Shown here: piece by piece, positions 19,401 through 28,600 of the stretch | Layout: each line of letters begins with the position of its first letter | Numbering within the stretch: the stretch's first letter is position 1 | Origin: a virus | Taxonomy: Duplodnaviria > Caudoviricetes | Virus record (IMG/VR): IMGVR_UViG_3300032167_000048 | DNA length: 64,000 bases | Strand: one strand, 5' to 3' | Notes under the pieces: generated by a model | Seen by the model: the letters and a program-made list of their open reading frames with translations, nothing else | The model's database searches: none | Told to the model about the DNA's origin: nothing | Program-made: the position numbers and the translations under genes

Positions 19401-20110
19401 TTATAGGTAAATTTATTTTGGGTAAAAATTTATCTATGCAAAGTGAATCTGGGGCTATGAAGTTTGATGGAGATGGATTATCTATTACAAGTGGAACTGG
19501 AGACAGTGTTGGTACAATGACATTTAATGAAAATGGTCTTGTGGTAAATCATGGTAAAAACACTGTTACAATTAGTCCTAAAACAGAAGAGGTTATGAAC
19601 ATTACCAATGGTGAAGACGAAGTTTTTGAAGTTAATGAAAATGGAGAACTTAGTATTAATGGTAATATCATTGCTCGTAGCTTAAAGTTGGAAAATGGAG
19701 TTAAAATTGACTCTGGCGTTATTACTAACTTGGCTAATGTTGCTACTTCTGGTTCTTATTACGATTTGCTTGATGCACCTACAAAATTAAGCGAATTTAA
19801 TAATGATAGTGGTTTTATTACCAATAGTGTAAATAATTTGACTAATTATTATAATAAAACAGAAACCAATAATTTGTTAAATAAAAAAGCTAATTCGGAT
19901 GATTTGGCTGATGTTGCTACTAGCGGAAGCTATGACGACTTAAGTAATAAGCCAAATTTAAAAGCTGTTGCTACTTCTGGCTCATATAATGATTTATCTA
20001 ATAAACCATCGTTGTCTTCTGTGGCAACTTCTGGTTCTTATAATGACTTGGTTGATATCGATGAGTTAAAGAATTGGGTCTTACAACAGATACAATTTGC
20101 AATCAGTTAA
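16412..20110 (+). CDS. Tal-like baseplate hub/tail protein with three zinc-ribbon inserts and C-terminal VATSGSYxDL repeats
   Basis: Follows Dit; ASEFSFTL N-terminal motif, LGNWIRV central motif, three CxxC-CPxCG inserts, four ATSGSY repeats. Confidence 0.75.
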   Translation: MAINIKFDLAGNPEPPTILLANKNGNILGQLNVDEESIDISDKFNDASEFSFTLNKFVDDEITNLWDKVVNFKLVYCEEWDMWFEITVELDEETETVKTVFCTQLGQAELSQLKLYNVEINTESDIARDDYKITILYDENDHEASLLHRLLKDKAPHYSIIYVDPTIAKLQRSFSFDDTSICDAFMEIAEEIGCLFVFHSNSKNGKIQRTISVFDLQQNCLNPDCKHRGEFTDVCPKCGGQDKDGNKYGIEYGYGEDTKIFVTSDELASGGIQLKTDTDAVKNCFKLEAGDDLMTATVRNCNPNGTDYIWRFSDDMKSDMSEELKEALKAYDLKYKEYCDTYKSELDKDLVKKYNALVEKYKNYYDTKSTCLNCKNEEVFDGNCPKCGSSNVLSGDSLQPIPNEIIGYAPLMNAYYDTIDFALYLESSLMPDVDLTEKSLCSDCKYEGVFKNTCPQCGGTNILSGAEYQASLLTTSALSTVAVKVDNVEGISLSTSNTSVLSMAKVIVKSTYKVEIKTSSLSEDKIWTGSFIVTNYSDENDTAESGTISVIVNNDTETYVEQLIEKSLNKDNTNDYSVTGLFEKELIVIDKEIEKINAEIEELDKRIEEDPYNTDLLEQKAEAVGFLSELILLLEDGNEFGGEFYDELKKYALNPLKSFYDACDACLNILIEQGAGSENEKPDLYENLYNPYRQKSSAISNEIALREEEINLINGISNENGVVDPKGIKQNIESCRNSIQDELNFQTCLGEELWLEFCCYRREDKYSNENYASDGLNNAELFKKASEFFEVAENEIFKASEHQHSISTTLNNLLAIPKFKELIKYFNLGNWIRVQIDDNVYRLRLLEYGINFGDFDNVDVEFSDVTKIKNGVTDVQAVLSQASSMATSYSSVKRQASQGEKSNTTLNDWVKNGLSATNTKIVSGVDESILLGKNGFWCRQIDPVTGEVSNEQIKIFDSTIAITDDKWNTTKTAIGKYYYIDENGEEKMAYGVNGETIIGKFILGKNLSMQSESGAMKFDGDGLSITSGTGDSVGTMTFNENGLVVNHGKNTVTISPKTEEVMNITNGEDEVFEVNENGELSINGNIIARSLKLENGVKIDSGVITNLANVATSGSYYDLLDAPTKLSEFNNDSGFITNSVNNLTNYYNKTETNNLLNKKANSDDLADVATSGSYDDLSNKPNLKAVATSGSYNDLSNKPSLSSVATSGSYNDLVDIDELKNWVLQQIQFAIS

Positions 20111-20130
20111 TAAGGTGAGTTTCATGAAAG

Positions 20131-20493
20131 ATGGTGATTGACATGACAGAAGAAAAGTTTAAGAAAAAACTTGAAAAAATAAAAGAAAAAAATAAAGAAA
20201 TTAAATTCAAAAATAAATTAAAAGCTGAAAAAAATAAGTATAAACGCAAGATGAGTACTTCTAATAAAGTTTTAATTGCTTCTATTATTGCAATTCTTGT
20301 ATTTACAATTGCTTGTTTGTATATTCAATGTGCTACTTCTATGGAAGTCAGCAGCACATTGATTACTTTATGGTATTCATTTTGGACAGTTGAAATTTTA
20401 AGTTTGGCTGGAATTAAAATTTCTAAGGTTATAAAAAATTATGATACTGCGTCTGATGTTGAGATTGAGACTGAAGATGAAAACGTTGGGTAA
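20131..20493 (+). CDS. membrane protein, holin/antiholin-like
   Basis: Basic N-terminus and two hydrophobic segments, within the lysis cassette. Confidence 0.55.
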   Translation: MVIDMTEEKFKKKLEKIKEKNKEIKFKNKLKAEKNKYKRKMSTSNKVLIASIIAILVFTIACLYIQCATSMEVSSTLITLWYSFWTVEILSLAGIKISKVIKNYDTASDVEIETEDENVG

Positions 20494-20810
20494 TGGAGGA
20501 ATATAAAATGGATGTAACTACTTTTTTAATGTTATTGGCTTCATTCTCTACTATCACTGGATTGGTAGTTGAATGTATTAAAAAAATTGTAACTGATAAA
20601 GCGAATATTTCTTACAATGTTACAGCTCTCATTGTTGCAATGGTTGTTGGTATTTGTGGTTGTGGAATTTATTATCAGTTAAGCGCAATTCCTTTTACTG
20701 TTAATAATGTTATTTATATGATTTTAATGGGATTTGCTAGTACATTGGTTAGTACACTTGGATACGACAAAGTAAAACAAGCTATATTGCAGATGTCTAG
20801 CAAAAATTAA
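20493..20810 (+). CDS. holin
   Basis: Three TM segments and ..ST.GYDKVKQ.I C-terminal motif; directly upstream of the endolysin. Confidence 0.75.
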   Translation: MEEYKMDVTTFLMLLASFSTITGLVVECIKKIVTDKANISYNVTALIVAMVVGICGCGIYYQLSAIPFTVNNVIYMILMGFASTLVSTLGYDKVKQAILQMSSKN

Positions 20811-20835
20811 TGGCTTTTATTAAGGAGGTAATATT

Positions 20836-22398
20836 ATGGCTAAACCTGTAATTGTTGGTTCTGCTCGTGTAGACGAGCGTGGACAATACAAGGGTGGACA
20901 AGCTGGTTCTCAAATTGATAAAGAAATTAGCAAACAAGATTGGTATCTTCATCCAAAGGGTTGGATTTTAATTCGACCAAAAGACAGCAAAAAGGCTGAA
21001 AAGATTGCCAAAGACATGGAATATGCTTGTGATTCAAAATACGTTGGATATGACCAAAATCAAAATAAGACTTTATACGAAGCTGTAAAATCATTAGATT
21101 TTGATATTTCTAAATTAAAAACCATGTGTGAAACTGACTGTGCAAGATTAGTTCGCGTATGTGTTAAATATGCTGGGGTTAATGCTAGAGATTTCTACAC
21201 TGGAACTATGAGAGATGCACTTGAAGATACAGGCGAATTTGAAATTTTAACAAGCGATAAGTATTGTGAGTCTAGCGACTATTTAAAACGCGGAGATATC
21301 CTCGTAACAAAAACACAAGGACACACCGTTGTGGTTTTATCTGACGGTGCTAAAATTACAAAGGAAGAAAAGGGTGATAATATGGCGTATACAATGAAGA
21401 CAAACATTGCTCATAAAAGTAATTATGGCGCAAAAAGAAGTCTGTCTCAAATCAAGTATATTGTAATACATTATACTGCTAATGATGGCGACACAGATGA
21501 AAATAATGGAAAATATTTTGATGGTGCAAATAGAAATGCTTCTGCTCATTACTTTGTTGATGATGATTCTGTAACACAGTCTGTTCCAGATGATTATGTT
21601 GCATGGCATTGTGGTGGTGGATTGCAGGGTTCTGGTGGACATTCGTTCTATAAACAGTGCACAAATACAAATTCTATTGGCATTGAAATTTGTGACGATA
21701 TTAAAAATGGTGTTATCTATCCTTCTGCAAAAACAATTGAAAACGTTGTTGCACTTACTAAATCATTGATGAAGAAATATAACGTTCCAGCTTCAAGAGT
21801 TATTCGTCATTATGATGTTACTGGAAAAACATGTCCAGCTTATTGGTGTGGAACAACTGCAAAAAATGCAAAATGGAAAACAGAATTTTGGAACAAACTT
21901 AGTTCATCAACTTCCTCTTCTACTGCATCTACTTCAAAACCATCATCTTCCTCAACAACATCAACAATAAATAAAACTGCACAATGGACTGGCGTTGTCA
22001 CAGCGTCTTCATTAAACGTAAGAACTTGGGCTGGCGCTGAAAATCCTACAGTTGTATTTAGTCCACTGAGTAGAAATAGCAAAGTTGAAGTTTGTGATTC
22101 TAAGAAAGCATCTGATGGAAGTACATGGTATTATATTAAGTACAATGGTAAATATGGATTTGTTCACTCTAGCTACATTAAAAAAGAAGAAGTTGTTAAA
22201 TATAAGACTACTGCAAATCTTAATTTAAGAAGCGCAGCTGGTGTAATTAATAAAAACAACGTGTTATGCGTAATTCCAAAAGGCTCAACTGTTACATATA
22301 AAAATAAATATTCAACAGTAAATGGAGTTAAATGGTATTATGTAACATACAATGGCAAAACTGGATATGCATCTGGTAGCTATTTAAAAAAAGTGTAA
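20836..22398 (+). CDS. endolysin: N-terminal Cys/His peptidase-like domain + Amidase_2 + two SH3b domains
   Basis: DCARLV..GDIL..GHT (CHAP/NlpC-like); IVIHYT, SAHYFVD, AWHCG, NSIGIE, RHYDVTGKTCP (Amidase_2); LNVR/LNLR..WYY..G+ (SH3b). Confidence 0.88.
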   Translation: MAKPVIVGSARVDERGQYKGGQAGSQIDKEISKQDWYLHPKGWILIRPKDSKKAEKIAKDMEYACDSKYVGYDQNQNKTLYEAVKSLDFDISKLKTMCETDCARLVRVCVKYAGVNARDFYTGTMRDALEDTGEFEILTSDKYCESSDYLKRGDILVTKTQGHTVVVLSDGAKITKEEKGDNMAYTMKTNIAHKSNYGAKRSLSQIKYIVIHYTANDGDTDENNGKYFDGANRNASAHYFVDDDSVTQSVPDDYVAWHCGGGLQGSGGHSFYKQCTNTNSIGIEICDDIKNGVIYPSAKTIENVVALTKSLMKKYNVPASRVIRHYDVTGKTCPAYWCGTTAKNAKWKTEFWNKLSSSTSSSTASTSKPSSSSTTSTINKTAQWTGVVTASSLNVRTWAGAENPTVVFSPLSRNSKVEVCDSKKASDGSTWYYIKYNGKYGFVHSSYIKKEEVVKYKTTANLNLRSAAGVINKNNVLCVIPKGSTVTYKNKYSTVNGVKWYYVTYNGKTGYASGSYLKKV

Positions 22399-22510
22399 CT
22401 ATTAACATTATATAGCCAAGAGAGTTTAATCACACTCTCTTGGTTTATCAAGGCATCACACTGCATTGAGATGCCTTTATAATAATGAAAGGATTGGGTG
22501 CTAGTGTGAA

Positions 22511-23209
22511 ATGGGTGATTTAAAACAATTGACACAAATAGACTGGTGGTATGTATTTATTGCTGTACTCCTTCTTCTCATTTGTATTAAAACTGTGTGG
22601 TCATTATTTGACTGGTTTGTTTTTGATAAGCTTGGCATTGAAACAAGAAGAATGAAACAAAGACGGCAAGAAAGCGAGTTGTTAAAGACTACCGCAGAGT
22701 TAGCAAAAGCTACTGCTGAAAGTCTTGATGAATTACGAGCACGACATGCAAAAGATGAAGAAGAATTTAGAGTAAATTTAAATACTTATATGAAAGAAAG
22801 CAGAGAAGACAGAAAGGCTATTCATGACGAAATGACAAAGTTTAATGAAAATCGTGCCAACGATAGACAGGTTTCAATTGAAAGAGAAAAACGTCTGAAT
22901 AATCGCATTACTGAAAGCAATGAACACAGAGATAAAATTATTGATAGTATAAGTGATTCTCTACATAAGCTAACCAATATGTTTGTTGACAAAGAAGTCG
23001 ATGATATGAGGTGGGAAATTTTGAATTTCTGTTCTGCGTTGACATCTGGAAGAAAATATAATAAAGAGTCTTTTGACCATGTAATTCAGATACATGAAAA
23101 ATACGAAAAGGTTCTTAGTGAGCACAACATGGAAAATGGTCGTGTAACAGCTTCTATGGAAGTAATTATGGAAGTCTATAAAGACAAGTTAAAAAACGGA
23201 TTTGAATAA
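22511..23209 (+). CDS. N-terminally membrane-anchored coiled-coil protein of the lysis region
   Basis: One TM helix, coiled coil, C-terminal Y....NG motif. Confidence 0.5.
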   Translation: MGDLKQLTQIDWWYVFIAVLLLLICIKTVWSLFDWFVFDKLGIETRRMKQRRQESELLKTTAELAKATAESLDELRARHAKDEEEFRVNLNTYMKESREDRKAIHDEMTKFNENRANDRQVSIEREKRLNNRITESNEHRDKIIDSISDSLHKLTNMFVDKEVDDMRWEILNFCSALTSGRKYNKESFDHVIQIHEKYEKVLSEHNMENGRVTASMEVIMEVYKDKLKNGFE

Positions 23210-23235
23210 AATAGCAATTTTAAGTGTATTGTTAG

Positions 23236-24855
23236 GTGGTGATAAAGATGGCTTTAAATATTATTAAAAATATAAATATTGACTTTTACGATGATAAATA
23301 TACTTTAATTAATGCTAAACAATATGACGGCAATTCAAGATATGTTACTATTACTTGCTATAATCAAGGAAAGATATTTAATTTAAATCCTAGCAAGCAC
23401 ACTGCATATGTTAGATATAAAAAATCAGATGGTCATACAATTTTTGATTTCTGTACGATAACTCCAAAGGGTCAAATTGAAATGGAATTAACAGAACAAA
23501 TGCTTGCTTCAAGTGGTGTTTGTGACGTTGACTTAGTAGTTATACATAAAGGGAATGCCGTTGTAAATGTTGATACTGGTGAAATTATCACAATAGATGA
23601 CTCATCAATTATATCAACTATGTTATTTAGAGTATATGTATACGAACCTGCGATTGATAACACATTGGTTGAATCTTCAGATGAATATAATGGTCTTAAT
23701 GATTTATTGACAAGAGCTGAAGCAGATTATAAAGCTGTAATTGAAGCTTCTGAACATCATGCGTTAATGTCTGAGTCTTGGGCTATTGGTGGTACTGGTA
23801 TTGAGGGTAGAGCTGATGAAGATACAAATAACTCAGAATACCATAGTCAGATGTCTAAATCATGGGCTGTAGGACATACAGAAGATGATGTTAGAAGTGG
23901 AGAAGATACTGATAATGCTCAATGGTATAGCGGTCAGTCTGAGTCTTGGGCTATAGGTGGGACTGGCAATAGAGATGGTGAAGATATTAATAATGCTCAG
24001 TGGTTTAGTAGTCAATCAGAATCTTGGGCTGTTGGTGACACTGGGAACAGAGATGGCGAAGATACGGATAATGCTCAGTATTATTCTCAAATGTCTAAAT
24101 CTTATGCAATGGGTGGAACTGGTATTGATGCAAGAAAAGAAGAAGATGTTGATAATGCTGAATATTACTCTAGATTAGCAAAGTCATATACAATGGGTAG
24201 CTTTGATGGAAGTACTGAAACGAGAGACGATGAAGGTACTGAAAATGCAAAAACCTATATGGAAACTGCAAAATCTCACATGGACGATGCTAAGGAGCAT
24301 ATGGACAACGCAAAATCTCACATGGATGATGCTAAGGAGTATATGAATAACGCAAAGATTAGTGAAACTAATGCAAAGGCAAGTGAAGATGCATCTGCGT
24401 TAAGTGAAACTAATGCAAAGGCAAGTGAAGATGCATCTGCGTTAAGTGAAGCCAATGCGAGTTTGAGTGAAACAAACGCATTAAATAGCGCTAACAAAGC
24501 TCAATCATATACTGTTGGTGGTACTGGTACTAGAGTTGGCGAAGATACAGATAATGCTAGTTGGTATTATAACGAAATGAAAGATATGTTTAATGGTTTA
24601 AATATTGTATTTGTGCCAAAGGGAACTATATCTTTTGATGAATTGGCAACTGCAAAAGAAACTGCTGTGGCTGGTTATGTATACAATATCAAAGATGATT
24701 TTGTTACAGATGAAACATTTAGAGAAGGTGCTGGCATGACATATACTGCTGGTACTAATATATATTATACAATTGATGGTGCGTGGGATTGTTTTGGTGG
24801 CTCTGCCTCCCCTACTGCTACTGTTGATGAAGTAAAAGAATATTTAGGAATTTAA
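23236..24855 (+). CDS. BppU-like upper baseplate protein with internal repeats
   Basis: AKQYD..SR...K.DG...LTEQMLA..G BppU N-terminal pattern; ~7 copies of S.S(W/Y)A.GGTG..R..EDTDNA.(W/Y)Y. Confidence 0.7.
   Translation: MVIKMALNIIKNINIDFYDDKYTLINAKQYDGNSRYVTITCYNQGKIFNLNPSKHTAYVRYKKSDGHTIFDFCTITPKGQIEMELTEQMLASSGVCDVDLVVIHKGNAVVNVDTGEIITIDDSSIISTMLFRVYVYEPAIDNTLVESSDEYNGLNDLLTRAEADYKAVIEASEHHALMSESWAIGGTGIEGRADEDTNNSEYHSQMSKSWAVGHTEDDVRSGEDTDNAQWYSGQSESWAIGGTGNRDGEDINNAQWFSSQSESWAVGDTGNRDGEDTDNAQYYSQMSKSYAMGGTGIDARKEEDVDNAEYYSRLAKSYTMGSFDGSTETRDDEGTENAKTYMETAKSHMDDAKEHMDNAKSHMDDAKEYMNNAKISETNAKASEDASALSETNAKASEDASALSEANASLSETNALNSANKAQSYTVGGTGTRVGEDTDNASWYYNEMKDMFNGLNIVFVPKGTISFDELATAKETAVAGYVYNIKDDFVTDETFREGAGMTYTAGTNIYYTIDGAWDCFGGSASPTATVDEVKEYLGI
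24268..24450 (+). repeat. two sets of 42-bp coding tandem repeats
   Basis: 24361-24402 equals 24403-24444 exactly (SETNAKASEDASAL x2); 24268-24351 is a near-exact 42-bp pair (AKSHMDDAKE..). Confidence 0.85.
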
Positions 24856-24869
24856 GTGAGGTGAGATAA

Positions 24870-25592
24870 ATGTACGTGATATTAATTAATGATGATAACT
24901 CAATGTATGGTTCACATAAAGAGAGAATTATGCAGAGAAGCAAATGTGTTGACAATTTAGTTTTTGTAGTAAATTCTAATTATAAAGGCAATGATATGTC
25001 TGAAGCTTCTGTTGTGTTGGAATATATTCTTCCAGTATCTCGTGAATATCGAACTGAATATCTCACTCTCTCAGATGAAAGATATAAAGATTGTTTTTTA
25101 CAGTATAAGCTTCCTTTTGATACTAAGCTTACAAAAGAAGCTGGGAAAATTGAATTACAATTAACTTTCGCCTATACTGGATTGGACGAAAATGGAAATG
25201 GAATTCAGATAGTTAGAAAGACTTCTCCTACTACTATAGATATTATTCCAATATCTGCATGGTCTGATATTATACCAGATTCTGCACTTTCCGCTCTTGA
25301 CCAGAGAATTCTTAAACAAGATGCACAGATTAGAGCATTAGAAGAATTAGCAAATGTAATTGATGCTGGTTCAGTTGTTGATAATCTTATTTATGATTCT
25401 GTTGAAGATACTCTTCAGCTTTCTGCAAAAGGCGTTGGAGTTGGAAATAAAGTTTCTGTTAGAGATATGTTAGATGAGGGAATTCCAGTAGTAGAATTAG
25501 ATTCTAATTCTGATGGTTCAGAAAACGAGCCAGAAGACGATAATCATGAAAATGATTGTGGATGTGAAAACAACAATGTTGTTGAATTTTAA
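24870..25592 (+). CDS. BppU-like baseplate/adaptor protein
   Basis: LTKEAGKIELQLTF motif typical of the BppU N-terminal fold; ends in VVEF. Confidence 0.55.
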   Translation: MYVILINDDNSMYGSHKERIMQRSKCVDNLVFVVNSNYKGNDMSEASVVLEYILPVSREYRTEYLTLSDERYKDCFLQYKLPFDTKLTKEAGKIELQLTFAYTGLDENGNGIQIVRKTSPTTIDIIPISAWSDIIPDSALSALDQRILKQDAQIRALEELANVIDAGSVVDNLIYDSVEDTLQLSAKGVGVGNKVSVRDMLDEGIPVVELDSNSDGSENEPEDDNHENDCGCENNNVVEF

Positions 25593-25650
25593 TTTATATG
25601 ATTAGAGGACGATAAACTCGTCCTCTTTTATTATGAAAGGAGGACATGAA

Positions 25651-28600
25651 TTGAGTTTATCATTTAAAGATTCTTTAAAAAATAATATTGAAAAAACTGT
25701 AGCAAAACCATTAAAGTTAGCTGCTACAATGAACATAGATGAACCAAGTGTTGAAAATGTTGGAATTATGACACTTGAAGAAACTCCTAGTGTTGCTGCT
25801 TATTCTGGCGATGGTGGAAATTGGCAACAGCACAATAAATATGTATATTATTCTGTTTTTAATGACAATAATGTTTCAACTATTAGTGATAAAAAAGAAA
25901 TAAAATTAGATGGAAATCAGTTCAATATCACTCAAGAAGAAAATTCTCAGTATATACCGTTTGAAATGAATAGAAAATATGATGGCTATGATTTAACAAA
26001 AGCGGATATTACTATTCATTATACAACTGCAAATGGAAGACATCAGCCTGTTAGACCAGTAAATGTAACTTATAATAATGATAAGATTAGATTTGGATGG
26101 CTTGTTGATGCAAATGCTACGGTTGATGTTGGTACACTTGAATTTGAGATTCATGCTGACGGTATTGTAACTGGTAGCGATAATGTTCCAAGAGCTTATA
26201 CATGGAAAACTAAACGCAATAAAGAGTTGTATGTTTACGAATCTATGTGTGATTGCGAGGGTGTAATCAATGACATTGATAATAGTTGGTTGCAAGAGCT
26301 TGTAACAGATTTAGCTGAAAGCATTGCAGAAGAAGTTAAAAAAGTAGAAGTTGGAAGCTTAGTTACTCAGGCTGAAGACGCTGCTGATAGAGCAGAGACT
26401 GCTGCTAAAAATGCAGAAACTACTGCTACAACTATTGTTGAAAATGCTTTAGAAGATTATAGCACAACATCAGAAATGCAATCATATGTTAATCAGCAGA
26501 TTGCAGATGCTGATATCGAGGGCAAACTGACTGCTTATGCAAAAACAACAGAAGTTAAAGCTTTGGTTGGTAATATTGGCGAAGCCGAAAATCTTGTTGA
26601 TTATATTGATACAGCTGTTGATTCTGTTGATGTTTCAGAACAGTTAAAAGATTATGCTCTTTCAGATGACGTTAATAAGTCTATTGAAAATATTAATAAG
26701 AATTTAACTGATAATTATTATACAATTGCAGATTCTGACTTGAAACTTGTAACTACTCTTGAAGATGGCGAATACGCTACTAAGACAGATGTTGCAAATG
26801 CTATTGCGGCAGAAGATATTACTGCAAAATTAGGTAATTATTATACAAAAGATGAAACATATAATAAGTCAGAAATTGATGAAGCCATTAAAAACGTTGA
26901 GGTTGATTTAACTGGATATGCTACTGAAACTTTTGTAACAGATAAAACAAATCCTTTGGAAAGTTCAGTTAAAACAAATAAAGAAAATATTTCTTCTTTA
27001 AGCGAAACGCTTGGAGAATTGCAAGAAAGCGTTAATGCGATAGATACTTCTCCACGTATTACATATGATGTTGTTTATAATGATGCAGAAGACCCAGATG
27101 TTGGTGAAAATGTATTTGTATTTTATGAAATTGAAAACGAGGGTAAAGAGGGAGAAAAGAAAGAAGCTAAAAAGAAATTCACTATTACTGGTGGTTCTGG
27201 TGGCGGTTCTGGTAGCTCTCTTAAAATTTCATATGTAACAACATCTCCAGTTATAGCAACAGTAAATGATAAAATGTTGATTACTTATAACTTCTCTGGA
27301 ATTGATTCATCTGGTGACGTTATAACAGAGGGTAATTATACATGGAAAATTGGTTCAAAAATTATTGCGTCTGGTATCGCCACAAATGGAGATAATACTT
27401 TTGATGTGACCGATTTTGCAACTACTACAAGTCAGAAGTTTGTATTAACAATTACAGACGATGCTGGAAGCTTGGTTACAAAGTCTTGGACTGTACAAAA
27501 AGTAGACGTAAGATTAGAATCTAATTTTAATGATGCTTATAAATATAATGGAAATGTATCTTTTAATTACACTCCTTATGGTGCAATTGAAAAAGATATT
27601 CACTTTATTTTAGATGGGGAAGAATTAGGAGTGGTAAAAACTTCGACTTCTGGTATTCCTACATCATATATGCTTCCATCTCAAACACATGGAAGTCATT
27701 TATTAGAAGTATATATGACGGCTACTATTAACAATACGTTAGTAGAATCTAATCATATATACAAAGATATTATTTGGTTTGATGACAATACTTCTATTCC
27801 AGTTATTGGATGTGCCACAACTACAATTGATGCGATTCAGTATAATACTATAAATATTAAATACGCTGTGCACGACCCTAGAACAGAAACTCCAGAGGTG
27901 ACATGGCGTATTGGAGAAAACGTATTAAGTGTAGAAACATTAACAGAAAAAGATGAATATGGTTATTATACATATTCATATAAAGCAAATAGCGAGGGAA
28001 CATTTGTATTTACTATTACTTGCGGAGAAGCAGAACCAAAAGTAATTACAATGAATGTCGAAAAATTAAGTATTGATATTGAGCCAGTAACTGCTGGATT
28101 GGCATTTGATTTTGACCCAAACCCTACTGACTATTCTAATAGTTCAGCAAATAGATTATGGTCTGACAAAAATACTGGTGTAAATATGACTGTTTCTGAC
28201 AACTTTGACTGGGTTAATGGTGGATATCAAATTGATGAGAATGGCGATAAGTATTTTTGCGTAAAAGCTGGTACTACTGCTACAATCAATTATAACTTAT
28301 TTGGCGATGACCCTAAAAAAGATGGTAAAGAATTTAAAGTCATCTTTAGAACTAAAAATATTAGAAAGCGTGACACTTCTTTCTTAACTTGTATGAATGC
28401 AAATATTGGTTTAGATATGAAGATTGAACATGCTACTATCTATGAAAGTGGTGGCTCATTAAAATCAAATTATTGCGAAGACACAATCGTTGAATATGAA
28501 TTTAATATAAATAAGTATACAGATATGATGATAGTTATGTCATATGAAGATGGTACTCCTAGTAAGCCTTATGAATATACTGAAACATCATCATTCAAAC

